DNA of 64,000 bases from Bugula neritina (GCA_964035545.1 OZ037768.1:2388741-2452740), one strand, 5' to 3'. Shown: positions 21,201 through 35,915, counted from the stretch's first letter. Notes: generated by a model not told the origin, from the sequence alone. Translations and numbers: made by a program.

Positions 21201-24200
21201 CCTCACACAGTCTGCTACATTCAGCACCGTGAGATTGCGACAGGAAGCCAGTGCTTTCAGAGAGTGGTCTGTGATTCGCTGGCAGTCGGAGATGTAGAGA
21301 TGAGTCAGTTCTGAAGAGAGTTTCCCGATCAGCTTGACAGCCGTGTCTGAGATAAGCTGATTGGCTGGAAGGGACAGCAGAAATATGCTAAGAGTTTAGG
21401 GTACATTAGATACAACGTTAACTTCCAGCCAAAATACTGACTCAAAAAAAAAATTATTTTCAAGCAAATACTTGTGTTTACCGTTTAGTGCACAACTACA
21501 TATATGGGGCAAATTTAAACTATATAATATATGCATATAACAGCTAGATACATTTTGAAAAAAGCAGTATATTATAATAGTAAGTTTGAAAAGGTTGAAA
21601 AGAGGTATTTCAGGACGAATCCGCACCTTCAACTCGAAGCCGTCGAAGAGATTTGGTATTTGCAAGACTTTTGAAGGAATCGTCTGTGAGAAACTGAGTC
21701 CCAAGGAGAGATAACTCCTGTACTTTAGTTTTCTTTGTCACCTCCTGTGAGATTATACAGTAACACAGTACAACACACCTGTATGCCATTGTCATCTAAT
21801 GTAATACCACACACCTGTATATCATTGTCATCTAGTGTAATACTACACACCTGTATACCATTGTCATCTAATGTAATACTACACACCTGTATACCATTGT
21901 CATCTAGAGTAATACTACACACCTGTATACCATTGTCATCTAATGTAATACTAGACACCTGTATACCATTGTCATCTAGAGTAATACTACACACCTGTAT
22001 ACCATTGTCATCTAATGTAATACTACACACCTGCATACCATTGTCATCTAATGTAATACTACACACCTGTATACCATTGTCATCTAGAGTAATACTACAC
22101 ACCTGTATACCATTGTCATCTAGTGTAGGGAAGTCATTGAATATCAGGTTCTTCAAACCAGTACAACCAGTCACTAAAGACTTGAGCCCCATAGTTGTCA
22201 GCTGTCCAAACAGCATGTCATAATTATGTAATATTAGAGAACATGAAGTCAACAAAAGTAATTTGAAAAGTAACAACATATTGGCAGTACTAACTCCAAT
22301 CTTATATTATGAATTCAGTATATACATGCAATCTACTTTGTTCTGCTTATATTAAAAGTTATAGTACAGTTTTCAAGAATGAAAATAACAACTTAAGATA
22401 TTACAGAATGGCTAAAATATGACTTTGAGTATCGAATATAGAATAATATAACAATATTATTTTATATTCTATAATAACTAAAATAAAACACAGTATATAT
22501 AATATCACATTATACAGTATAACAATAGTATAACACAGAATATATACTATAATATAATACTGTGTAACTACAATATAATACAGTACATAGAATATAATAT
22601 AATACATTACAATACAGAATAATACAATAGAATACAGTACAATACAGTGTATAAATCATAGTGTAAAAGCAAAGGGTTGCAGACCCACCTGGTGGCATCC
22701 AGACAGGTCCAGGTAAACTAGTCTCTTGGCACCTTTCCCATTACCTAAGTACTCCAACCCTTTGTCTGTCACTTTGAGACAGTAGGCTAAGCTAAGGAAG
22801 GACAGATTCATCAACCCCCTGTAAATCATTAGAGAATCTCGGTCTAAAAACATACCAAGAGATTAAACTACAAATCAACTAGCCTATAGTATACTAGACA
22901 CTATGCTTGTTTGTCTTATCATTTCTAGCAATAAAAAAGAAACAAGTGGATCAATGATTTTACCCATTTACTGTTTCCGTCATATGTGATGTCATCAAAA
23001 CTGAACATTAGATTACATCAATGCTGCCGGTAGAAACAAAATTAGATGATGCCAAAGCACGAAAAATATTATATATAGATTTAAAAAATATTTTTAAAAA
23101 AACTTTAAAAATATTGAGTGACACTTTTGTTGTAAAATAACATGTTACATGGTTTAATACCAACATAATATGTGAATATACAACATGGACGACTCACATA
23201 CTAGATGGACGACTCACATACAACATGGACGACTCACATATTAGATGAACATAGCAGACGAATGACTCACTTGGCTATGAGACGGCAGCTGCCGTCTGTT
23301 ATGGAAGTGTAGGAGACGTTGAGATACAGCAGACTACTGCAGCCCTCACTGATCAGCTTCATCTGGTCGTCCTGGCAACCACAAACAGCAAACTTAAAGT
23401 TGTTACACTGATTTAAGTGAAACGTCCGATATAGTATATACATGCATTCAGTGAATGGGGTGAGGGTCACAATAACTTGTGATGACAATGCTTTAATATT
23501 ATTTAGTGAAAACATGTCATCAACTGTCTATAACTTAGCTATAGTCTGATTTTCTGCTGTTAAAAAAGAAACTAAACACTACAATTTATAACAATAGGAA
23601 TATAATCTTGAACGAAAACACAACAGACTTCCAAGTGCTTTCGTATCTATTGAAGAAAATTAGTTTTCAGTGTGAAAATAGTTATTGGGAATTGGGAGGC
23701 CATATTCAGAAACCCTGCATTTATTATTGATAGCATAAGGATATAACAGCTGCGTGTACCGCTTCTAGTCATTTACAAATTATACCTTCATACAGTATAA
23801 TACATGATAGCAACTGGTTTTAAGCAACTGGCTATTATAAAAATATTACACCCCAAACAATACATTCTAATCTAAAAATAAATTATCTACAAAATAAATT
23901 AACTTAGATTTGATCACAATTGATCATGCAGTAAGTAGACAAAGCGCACAGCATGGTTCTGTATGTAAAGTGCTACTCACGTTGAAACCAATGCACTCGG
24001 AGACGTTGAGATCCTGGAGATTGCGACATTCACTGACGACCTTGAAAGTGTCCCAGCTGACGCTGTGCACGGCTCTTAGATTTAGATACGACACATAGGA
24101 TCTACTCTTCATCAGAAGTCTACAGGCTATCTTATCCGTCACACTAAATATACAAACAAAGAGCTCTGAAAGACTACTTATATGTTAGTTGCATATTAAC

Positions 24201-27200
24201 ATCACGAAGTCAATTAGGAGTTGTCCACTAAATGTAAAACAAACTATTGTAGGCAAACGATTCCCGTCCTTTAAAAAGGCAGTGTATTAATTTCAAAAAC
24301 TATATTCTTCAAGTCTTGTATTTCAAAGTTATAAAATATCAAACAGTAGCAGAGGAGGCAACTCCATTACACAGTGACTGAAGTTGAAATTTATAGTGAA
24401 AGAAATAATTTGAAAAAATCTAACAGCTAACCAGTTTAAAAAGTGAAACATTTAGACACTGTCATTAAAATACATTTATAACATTACAGTGAAAAGAAGG
24501 ACCTGACACAGTCATATGGATAATTGATGTTTTGTTTTCAAATGAAGTTTAAGAAGATGACAGTATTGGAAATTTCACTGCACAATGCACACCTACATCA
24601 ACAATGTTTATTTTAGCAAATTAGTATATAGATTGATGGGGAACACAATTCCTATTTCAACATCATTATGATATTCACAGCTCATTTAAATGTTTTTGCT
24701 CCTACATTTTTAATTCATTTTATAAAAAAAGAACACAACTACAGTAAACTACAAGCATTCCTACGCCTTACTACACACAGTTCAAAAAGATAGTCAAGTA
24801 AAGAGAGATGTATAACAGACAAAGATATAGAAAGATGTAAATCTAGCCACATACCCCCGAAGTAATCTGTTAAGATTCAAATGAAAAGATAGACATGAGT
24901 TAATAAAAATATTACATTTTATCGTATGTACCTACATCACAATAATATCATAGTGCATCATAATAATATACTGCAAAAACCTCCCATGAAAGTGCTTATA
25001 TAATATAACTAAGTAATAGTTATTATGTACCTAGAATTGGCATTTGGGATATTACAGTAATAGTGATTAGATACCTAGAATTGGTATTTGGGATATTACA
25101 GTAATAGTGATTATAAACACATTAATATAATTATGATGACATAGTACATACCTTTTCTGAACGGCTGAGAAATTTATCTACAATAAAATAAGTATTTGTT
25201 GAAATAAATGGAGATCAGAATTTAATATCAGAAAACAAATATAACAACACAGCTAAAAGATATGCTATGATACAGTATAGGAAACTACATGTTAAGTGCT
25301 TTCAGATAGCTGAGGTTCCCAGAATAGTACAGATTAAGTAAGTTAAATCTAGTTGTGCACAGTCTATACAAGCAAATGCACTGAAATCATGTCATAATAT
25401 AACATAAACAAGCCTTTAATTGTGTTTGGTGGATTGCAACCATTATAATTTCTATAATACAATATCGTAACATATATAACATGACTGAATATATATTATA
25501 TAATGTGGCATAATATATAATATAATATTATAACATATATAACATGACAGAATATATTATATAATATCTCATATAAAATGCCATAATATATATTATAATA
25601 CATCGTACAACATGTTTTGGTATATAATATATTACATCCTAAAATAACATATATGCCATGTAATCTATCATACTATATCATATAATACATCATATAATTT
25701 GTAAACTTAAGCTTCAACCATAAAGCAGTAGAAAAATCCACAGTATGACTGAAAGACACACACAACACTTACCCGTCTCCACAGTGACGGTATTTCTGTT
25801 ATCTCTTTCCATGCACGGCAAACACATGCACAGCGGGAAAGATCTATTAGGTTAAGATGGCGAAATATCTGTAAGCATTTATAGCAATTGTAATTCAGCA
25901 TTTTCATGTAATGCATTATAAGCATATGACCTAATTAATGTGACTACTCCATTTGCAACTTATATTGCATGAGACATATATGTGACTCATATTGAATGAC
26001 ACACATGTGTCACATATCGCATAACACAAACATGTGACCAATATTGAACAGCACACATATGGCCTACATTGAATGACACACATGTGACCTATATTGAATG
26101 ACACATATATGGAACCCATATTGAACAACACAGATGTGACCTATATTGACTGCTACATGCAAGTTTCATCACACACCAGGCAAGAATCCTCTCTGTCCAT
26201 AGCAGCAATATCATCTCTAGCCTCTCCAGTACTCCTACCAAAAGGATCGTCATCATCCGCGATCTCGCCACGACCTAATTTCTACAACACCAACAATGCA
26301 CCCAGACTGTGGCTTACACGCATTCAGTATAACATGTGAGTTGTGACGTATGATAGTATAAATGTTAGAGCTGAGAAAACTCAGAGGTTAAATTACACTT
26401 TCTGAGTTGTCTTTCCCTTAAGCTCAAATATATTTTTTAAAACTTTCCTATCACACTCAAATAAAAACAGAAAATAAATACGGCTACTACATTAATTGGT
26501 GTAAACATTATACATCTATAGGAAAAACCTGTCACAAGACCATAACAAGCAGCTATATTCAACTAAAACATTATTATTGATAAAAGTGTTAATTTAAACA
26601 AAATAACTTATATAATAATTAGTCAATTATAATAACAAGTTTATAGTCTTTATTTTATTTCCCGTTATTTATACACATTCAGTTTACACTAGTTACACAA
26701 TCTAGCTACCGACTAGCAAATAATAGTCACTACTCTGTCTCAGCTACTGCTCACCAACAAATGCAATCTCAAATTAAAAAGTCACAAATACAGACACTGA
26801 AAATTGCAAATGCATTGGATTTAAACTTCATAAAGCTACATACAAGCTTTCATTAGCATCATTGAAATAGCACCAATTTTAAACAGGAGCAAGTTTGCAA
26901 CTTGGAGTTTAAACCATAATGTATACTGATTTTTATGTATTAATATGAAAGTGAAGCAGGGGCTCCCAACCTGGAGTAGTAGTACCCTCCCCCATTCCAG
27001 AGTTGCTTAAGAAAAATTTACAGACTACTTTGTCTATTTTAAGTATATATAAGTTATAACTAATGTTTACGTTAGAATTCAACGATATATATTTACACCA
27101 TGTGGATTAGTGTTATAAAACACAAGTATAGTATGGGATGTTTAAACTTTTAGGAGAAATAAAAAGAATACGCAAGCTAAAAGAAGGTTGGGAACCACTG

Positions 27201-30200
27201 CTGAAAGGGGCTGTTTTATTGAGGGGAATTTATTAACAAAAATTTGCAAAGGACAGTTTGAAAGGTGTACATGATTTGACATCAAATTTTGTGCTTGGAA
27301 AGACAGCACAGTGCACTCATTAGATGACGGCAGCACCTGCTGGCAGTCACCTGACAAAAATTATACAGACAATAGAGTAGACAACTTTATATAATGTATT
27401 ACACGTTAAAATATATAACTAGCTTGTGCTCTACCACACTAACGAGCCTAGTGATACAAACAAATACATAAACAAATTATAGCTATTTTAATATGCAGTG
27501 AAAGCCCATACTTCTGCAGTTTCACGTTGAGCCTGCCAAAACAACAAATAGCACATGAAAACAATAGCAGCATTGGTAAATGATATTCAAACACTATTTG
27601 TATGCGTTTATGCACTATCTTCACATAACCCATTATGTGCAAACAACTCCACAGCATACAAAAGCAACTCTATAAAGGATCTCAACATGTGTATACAACT
27701 CCAAAATCAACACTGAGCTTTGGTGGGGAGACTAGACCTTTGACATAATACTTATGACTAGAAAATGTTATTTTAAAATACTATAAACAGTGAAACAGCC
27801 ATACAGCACAGCTAATTGACAACTCAATGTGGCTAAATACTTGTCAATATGCCAGCCATCCATGCCAAACATTGGGACAACTGCAACATTTAGTTTAGAA
27901 CATAATATTTATAACTACTCAAGAGCAGACAACCCTCTAACAAAATAAAACAAATGATAATGCTCCTTATTTTGCACTACAAATTTAAAACACAGTATCT
28001 TCTCATTTTTGTAGTAAGAAAATAATTATTGATCTATTTATAGACCATAAATCTTATGTAGAAGGTTTGGCATGGCTGGCTGACTCCCCCCCCCCCCACT
28101 GGTATATATAACATGACAAATGTCAAACATCACAAGGTGATTGCGTGTCACAGCACAACGTGAATTATTATAGCAAATAACAGTAGCCATATTCAACATA
28201 TACCGGGCCGCCTCCTGACGTCTTCGTAATGATAGCCTGTAGCATTGTAAGTTACACAGCTATAATACTCATATATTATTCACAGAATATGGCCATACAG
28301 ATCAATAAGTTTTACTGATTCATCAGCTGTCCACCATCATAATTATACAAGGAAATACAGGTAATTAATGGAATGGCTATAGCTGAGTCAGCAAATGGCA
28401 TCAGCAAAGCTTGTAAACTACATCACAGATTTCTAACTAACCTAGTATGATCTACAAAGCAGAGAGACCAAAGTATCTAAAAGACATCATTGAGATAGTA
28501 TTTAACTGTGCGTAATGCATTCATAGCACACGATTGTTTTACTACATCACAAAATCTTTTTTTTTACGAGCAGTAATAAATAAACTTCAACTTGTTTAAT
28601 GATACAAAAAATATTAGGTGGCCTTTAATGAAAAACATTCTACATCATGTACAAAACATTATGAAGGATTACTTCATGGTAATACAAAAGTACGTGTCTG
28701 CTAAACTATGACTACAATATAAAGAGTTGAAATTGACTCACCTCGAAGTATTCACGGGTTTGTCTGGCATCCAGAGTCACCTGATACCAGGCGCCAAAAA
28801 TCACACTCGTGACGGATTTGTGAAAGACGTTCTCTATAATGTTGTGAGCCACTAGAAAAGTCATTTGAATACTTTTAATACTTAATAATCAAAAATTAAA
28901 CAAATAATTAATCAAAATTATCAATAATATTTAATAAATAACAATAATTATTATTCATAATAATATTTGATAATTTAACAATTAATTAACAGTTTTATCA
29001 ACAACGTGAACTATAATATAGAGTTTTGGGAAAACAATGTGTAACGTAGCTCGATTTAGTAGTCAAAATCACACCTTTGCTTCAGTTCTTCAGACTTTCT
29101 TAATCTATTTTGTGACATTATATCTAAAAGTCACCCAACTTCTTTCTCAAGTATATTTAAGTTGAGATATAAAACTTGCTAAAACTTTAAACCAAAGCAT
29201 TTCATTCAACTCAGTGCGACTACAAACTCACTACTCTGTCTGCCCAGTCGAAAGTCCTTCCACACTATCCAGTGCTGAAGAGTCAGTCTCATCATTCTAT
29301 GAGCATAGTGGGTGGCTGCCTTGATCAGCTTTCTCTCACTCTCTATTTTCTTACGTCTCTTGTGTATGTGATACCTCATCCATGCACTAACATTATACAA
29401 GTCCAATGTGAATAAAATATTGTGTATTATTCTATTACATCACACACTATGTAATAACATAAAACCCTTATATAATTTTTTTAGTGAAGATGATCATAAT
29501 GCATTACCGTCTTGAATGTTTCCAAAACATGTATTTTATTACAACAATGAAATAGTACAAGCGTATTGGCTAAAGCTTCAACAAAGTGCAAAGTTCAACC
29601 GATTCTTAGACCGAGTTCCATTATTTGTAAAATATAGATTATGTTGATGTGACACATAACTTACTCAAAACACAGCTTCTTCATTCCTCTGTTATAATGA
29701 CTGTAGGCCTTCATTACCATCTCCGGCGTAGGCTGCAGTAACAGAACAACTGTATAATATATGCGTGTATAAGTTATACAATATGCATGTAGTGTATACC
29801 ATATGCATATAGTGTATATTATATATATGTGTGTAAAGTATATTATAATGCATATAGTGTATATAATATGTGCATTATGTATACTATATGCATTTATATA
29901 GTATAATATATGCATGTACAGTATATACTATATGCATGAATATATTATTACAGTATATGCTGTACAAGTTACATAATATGCATGCCTGTAGTCATTTTAA
30001 TTACATTTCATTTCAACAGCAACATGCAATTATTTGTAGAAGTTACAGAAAACAATCAGAGGACACGTTTAAAAAGCTGTATAAAAAGGACGAGAGAAAA
30101 CCGGGAAGGTTACTAACAATAGCACAAATACAGGGGAGAGTATAACAAATGTATTTATAAAAAAAAGCCAGCATGATTTTAGCAGAGTTTCATCTAAACT

Positions 30201-32603
30201 AAGGTGTGGGGTGATTTATAAGATAGTGTCACATTCTGTCAGTAATAATGGCAGAATTATGACTCATAAGTAGCAAATACTCAGTTCTAAAATCTATCTA
30301 CCAGGTTTGAAACGCCTGGACCCTTCTAAGTTTGATAAAAGGAATTATTAGAGGTGTAAGCCAGGCCTATAATAATGGGCCTTAAAATAGAATATGATAG
30401 TTATGAAGAATGTTTAGTTGAATACACATAAGTGTTGCATAGTAAATGCATAATACTTACATCAACAAGTTACTTACTTAGTACTTACACTAACAATATA
30501 TATTGAGTAAAAATACAAAAGAAAACTTACACTGCAAGGTAATTGCTCCATTTGCTACAATTTTGAACCACAATAAAATGATATATTTAATAACCCAGTG
30601 CTGATTATAATAATCGGATCAAAATAACTTCTTATTCCTCCACTTGAGGATCTTATATCACTGCAAGTTTCATATCATCTCCCCTCCGCCCCCCTCCCCC
30701 TTTCCCAGAGTCTGACCAAGGTTCAGATTACCTGGGAGTCATCGAAGTTGAACAGGTGAGCAAGCGCGCTCTCCACCACTGCTGACTTGTGGGCCGGACG
30801 CAAGTTCTCCATAACAAAGGCATCCCTACCAACACAGCGTACAGGAAATGACATCATACTAATACTGATAGTGACAGAGAAACTAGTGTACTACTAATAC
30901 TGATAATGACAGGGAAACTAGTGTACTACTAATACTGATAGTGACAGGGAAACTAGTGTACTACTCATACTGATTGTGACAGAGGATTTTACCAGCTAGT
31001 TGTGTGGTACACAGTATAATTAAAATGGTTGGTAGTAAGAAGTGATGAAAATTAAATAGTTTCAAACATGCAAATAATTGCAGTTGTTGGTTCATGTAAT
31101 ACCAACTATTTCAACCATATCATAATTTGTCCAGCATTAGGAAAAAATTGTTTAGCTGCAGTAACAGAATAATTTTAGCCTATGTTCTTTAACTGTCTTC
31201 ATTAATTTCAGTTTGAGGTGGGGTTGAGAATTGCATGCCAGAAAAAGATAGATTTTCTAAAGATTTTTCTCATTAAGAACAGCTTTTTCAAAATTTTCCA
31301 TGACCACAATTACCTTTACAAAGTGCAGTATAGAAAAATTACATGTCTGTATGTAAATATATTCTTTAAAATTGCAATATGTTATATTCTAAATAATTTT
31401 ATCCTTACCACTGTAATATACTATAACCTAAATATCCTCACCACTGTAATATGCCATAATCTAAGTGTTGAACACAAGAAAGGCAGTCAATCATGTATTG
31501 AAATGGATCTTCAGGGCAATGTATAGCTAGTCCAGTGAGCAGTGCCTGCAGGTTATAATCAAAAATAGCAAATGTATGCAATGTATAACATTAGAGAGCC
31601 TTTATGGGTCATTTTACTTAATTTAGTACACACTGGAAATCTCCAGTTTTTAGCTATTTTTCACAATTTAACTGCTAATTAGCATTGTTTTTTGCTTAAA
31701 ACTAGTAAAATATCAATAAATACACTTAAATAATCAAGGTTTTTTTTAATGTTGCTTGATTTTCCATGCTTTTTCCTAATTATACAACTATTTTTGGTTG
31801 CGGACCATTACGGGTTTTTAGAAACGGTCCGCAATCCAAATTAGCTAAATAAATAGAAAAAACATGGGAAATCAAGCAAAATTGAAAAGAAACTTGATTA
31901 TTTAAGTGTATTCATTGATATTTCACTAGTTTTGAGCAAAAATCCATGTTCATTAGCAGTTAAATTGTGATAAATAGCTAAAAACTGGAGATTTCCAGTG
32001 TGTACTAAATTAAGTAAAATGACCTTTGTTCTATTAGATTATACCATCAACACACAACTACAAGAAACTAAGGAGCCATACAATTGGTCGAACAGTCACT
32101 AACTAAAAATAGATTTCATGTAATAAAAATAAAACTCTTATAAACAGATTGTGCCTTATAATCATATTATTGTTTAATTTTACTTCTGTATTTGTAGTGA
32201 ATAAATATGACAGCATTTTCCTTATCTGTGACAACATTTGTGAAACTCATTCCAAGGAATATCAAAATAGAAGGTTTATAGAAACACTTATGTGTTAGCA
32301 GTTACTTAGGTCAAAAAATTTAAGTAGACTCCTTAGAATGGCAGTAAAGTTTAGCAAAAGTGATAAGTTTTGAGTATTTGACAGAAAAAAAAATAAAAAG
32401 CTAAAAATTAATTGAATTGAAACATTATTTAAAACAATCTAAGTTAAAGTTAGCAAAAGCTACTGAGGAAAAAAATAAGCCAGAAGGCAGCATATGATGA
32501 TGACTAAAAGATGAACAAATCTTACTTCATAGATATCAGGCAATCTGTTCTTGTGGAGGTAAGTCTTAAGGCCAGGGTCAATTCCTTTTAATGAGGCAGC
32601 CAT
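18246..32603 (-). CDS. FBXL13: F-box/LRR protein 13 (dynein regulatory complex subunit 6), ~773 aa, 21 constitutive coding exons plus one optional microexon
   Basis: Exons (minus): 32603-32526, 31545-31442, 30825-30732, 29732-29665, 29386-29232, 28851-28742, [28236-28204], 26281-26177, 25868-25773, 25177-25152, 24143-23981, 23371-23271, 22818-22689, 22201-22103, 21744-21627, 21364-21202, 20905-20786, 20459-20195, 20023-19943, 19575-19493, 18861-18781, 18327-18246 (2322 nt in frame without the microexon). N-terminal LPDIYEALLTGLAIHCPEDP, F-box IFRHLNLIDLSRCACVCRAW, and cysteine-containing LRRs such as CRNLQDLNVSEC, GKGAKRLVYLDLSGCHQ, GPSGPKLRELNITNC that are typical of FBXL13. Confidence 0.92.
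21772..22125 (-). repeat. 36-nt minisatellite made of the exon 3' end plus donor (ACACTAGATGACAATGGTATACAG|GTGTGTAGTATT), 10 copies
   Basis: Donors at 36-nt spacing from 22102 to 21778; translates as (VCSITLDDNGIQ)n in ORF 21725-22279. Confidence 0.95.
25960..26150. repeat. ~25-nt degenerate minisatellite (ATATTGAATGACACATATGTGAC-like) next to a donor
   Basis: About 7 degenerate copies visible. Confidence 0.75.
26957..27200. mobile_element. hAT/Charlie-like non-autonomous element (~244 bp)
   Basis: TIRs CAGGGGCTCCCAACCT and (reverse complement) CAGTGGTTCCCAACCT, resembling hAT-Charlie termini; the 8-bp TSD is not clearly preserved. Confidence 0.6.
27851..28084. mobile_element. Short TIR element (MITE-like, ~234 bp)
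   Basis: GCCAGCCATCCATGCCAAAC versus reverse complement GTCAGCCAGCCATGCCAAAC (18/20); no TSD seen. Confidence 0.55.
30855..30985. repeat. 36-nt tandem repeat, ~3.5 copies, near an acceptor
   Basis: TACTAATACTGATAGTGACAGGGAAACTAGTGTAC-type unit repeated. Confidence 0.85.
31607..32024. mobile_element. Foldback/MITE: ~418-bp near-perfect palindrome
   Basis: GGTCATTTTACTTAATTTAGTACACACTGGAAATCTCCAG... pairs with ...CTGGAGATTTCCAGTGTGTACTAAATTAAGTAAAATGACC; arms of ~200 bp converge on GCGGACC...GGTCCGC around a ~20-nt loop. Confidence 0.88.
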
Positions 32604-33476
32604 AATATATTCAAAGAGAGTTAGCTGATGTCCAAAAATAAAACAATACAAGTTAACTCAAACAAACTAATTTTACATTTTAATGAGCAATGAAGAAATC
32701 ACATTATGTTCTAGTTCACAAAATAAGTCAGTATATTTACAGATTTTCCAATAGTTTGAATAGATTTTAGCAGGTCATATCTACTATATATAACAAATTC
32801 ATAATTATAAGTCAAAAACTAGCAATATAAGATAGAAAAATCAAAAATACTTTTACTACAAGTACATCATATTTCATGTAAGAAAAAAAATCGTTAGGCA
32901 TGAAGAGTAACACAAAATATCATGCAATTACTTTTTACTACTTGAAAAAAAAGCAATCTGTAGTAAACAGAATATCAAAACTCAAACTGTGTACCTCTGT
33001 TTATTTATATTTAGCAAGGAAGAAGCCAATATTCACCCAATAAATTATAATGATGGAACTTGAAGTTGACGTTTGGCCTGCTGTATTACGATTATAATTA
33101 TTATCACTGATAATCATAATGTTAATAGTAACGTAGCAGGTCAACTTTCAACAGCAACCTTTCAATGATAATCTGAATTTGAATCCTTATGAGTATGAGT
33201 ATGACTATCAGTATCTTATTACTATGAGTATGAGTATGATAATGAATAAAAATAATGATTATATTTATAACTTGAACTTCAGCTCGTCCAGGAAAACTAA
33301 CTTGAGAAATATTCTAAATATCAATTGCCAACGTTGAATAACGCTGCTAGATTCAACACCCAACAATTTATTTAAACTGGCAACGCAATATACGCTGTAA
33401 AATTCCTTAATACAGTTATAATATTAATAATTCCTATTTTTCAGTAATGACTTTTAGTACTCAAACTAAAAAGGAT

Positions 33477-33501
33477 GTATTCAATAGCAACGCACATGCG
33501 C
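33477..33501. promoter_or_regulatory. Candidate RFX X-box plus NRF1-like site in the FBXL13/CerS divergent promoter
   Basis: GTATTC-AAT-AGCAAC fits the GTNNYY(N0-3)RRNAAC consensus and is followed by GCACATGCGC; FBXL13/DRC6 is a ciliary gene, a class regulated by RFX. Confidence 0.45.
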
Positions 33502-35593
33502 GTAAAATAATTTGCTTTTATAAAGGAAATTGCTAACAAAGTGTTAAAGTGTTGCCGTCAATTTTCACATCCTGTAGACACCACTTGTACTATGACCTTT
33601 TATTTCCACAGCGGTCAACTAACGCAAGGAATTTATTTTTAATGCAAGTCAACGGTTTTTTACTTTTTAACTTCAAAGAAGAGACGCGGTAATGCATGAT
33701 TGCTAATAAAGCATTTTTTGCGTAAATTCGACTAACCTGTTTTAAAGGTAAAAACTCACATATCATTATGATATTGATTATCTTAAAGTTAATCTTAGAC
33801 TTATCAATATCATTATTACCGCATTGTGATTATCATTATGATTATCACTTTCACTTTGACTTACAGTTACACTATGACTATCACTTGACTTTATCATTAT
33901 GATTAGATATTCACAATGATAATGATATTCATAATTATCATATTAATAATGATATTCACAATGATAGTAATAATGATTTTGATAATGAAGATTGTCATTG
34001 AATGATTGATATTATCATTATGATTATTAATCATTCTTATCACTTACTCTTAGTCTTATGAATATGATCATTATGATTATGATTATCAGTCTAATGATTA
34101 TCATTATCATTATCAATATCATTTTAAGTTCAACAGTTCAAGTTTAACTTTAACTTTATGTTTATGATAAAATTAAACTAAAACTCATTATTATAATGAT
34201 TATAATAATAATGATAATAATATTAATAATAATAATTTAAAATTAAATTATTGTAATTTACTAATTAATATTATTAATTATTATTCACTCAATGCAAAAG
34301 TCTGAATAAATATCAATATGATTATATATTTATATTAGCATAACATTAACGAGAGCACAAGAGTAGCTTTTATTTTAGTTACAGTAAAAGTAAAACTCAC
34401 TAAAATAACTAGAGTTCATTGAGTTTGACTGACACTGCGGTAGTTCCACAACCAAATCCTTATCCAATGTGAATATTTTAATTTATAGCAAGTCAGAAGT
34501 GAATGACTGAGCTGGCTAAGTTGAAGTTTAATTATATTTATTGCATTACAGGGCTGTATTCTCACTTTCGTAGACCAAGACTAAATAGTTTCATGTCATT
34601 ACCAATACGATTGGTCTTAGAAAAGCTAATTTTCTTTCTTTAATTCGATATTTTCTCAAGTAGTTGTTCATCATAAAATTCTGATTGCAAACAACTTCTC
34701 TTCCTTGAACAGCCTTGAAGCTTTGAGAGCTAGGTGGTTGGTTTTAGCCAATTGCAGTTTCATCTGCAATTTGTTTGCAGTTTACTTGTTGAACTGTTTT
34801 TTAAGTAAGTTTCACTGGTTATATGGAAATATTCAACACTAAGGCTAATTCAAAGTCAAAATTATCATGTAAAAAAGATTGATGAACTCGTTTAAATTAA
34901 AAACAGCTGTTTTCTATATTACATGATTTATTTAAGAGATATCAAATAAAACTTATCTCTTCCATGCAATAGAATTTGATGATGCATTGTCTTTTTAAAA
35001 ACATCAAGTAACAATTTAGTGAGTCATATATTATTAGTTGATTCAATTTGATACCCAGAATTGGATTTTTATTACCTGGTTTTTTTGTGTTCATTTTTGT
35101 TTCAACAAATTTTGTAATATCAAGCATTTTATGGCAGTTTTAATTACTAATAGGTTGGCATGCACTATATGTCTGCAGCAAATAGCAACTTGAATACATA
35201 GTGTAAGCCAATAATAATCCAACTAGGAGTTTACCTTTAAGCCTTAAAATAAATCTACCAACTCATTTACTTCTATCTTATCAAGATATTAGTGCTTTTT
35301 TGTCATCATCAAAGTGATTCTTACTTATGTAAACATTTTAATTGTTTATAGCAGAGAACAATTGTTAATAGTTTTGGTGTTGGAGTTGGGCTATATAACT
35401 TTTATTTTGCTTTATAATTCTAGTCAAACTTGCCAGTAAGAATTAATATAATATTTAAAACTAGTATTCATTTGATAATCATATTTAGTAAAAGCCATGT
35501 CAAGGTGATTAATGGGGTCATTGTAAGATTAGCATATGGCAGTAATGAGTTCCTGACACTTTACATTAGACAAACTGGTATCAAAATTACATT

Positions 35594-35915
<322 letters not shown>

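Noticed and set aside
27310-27350. Second possible FBXL13 microexon (tttttgtcag|GTGACTGCC...)
   Set aside because: No frame-preserving donor identified.
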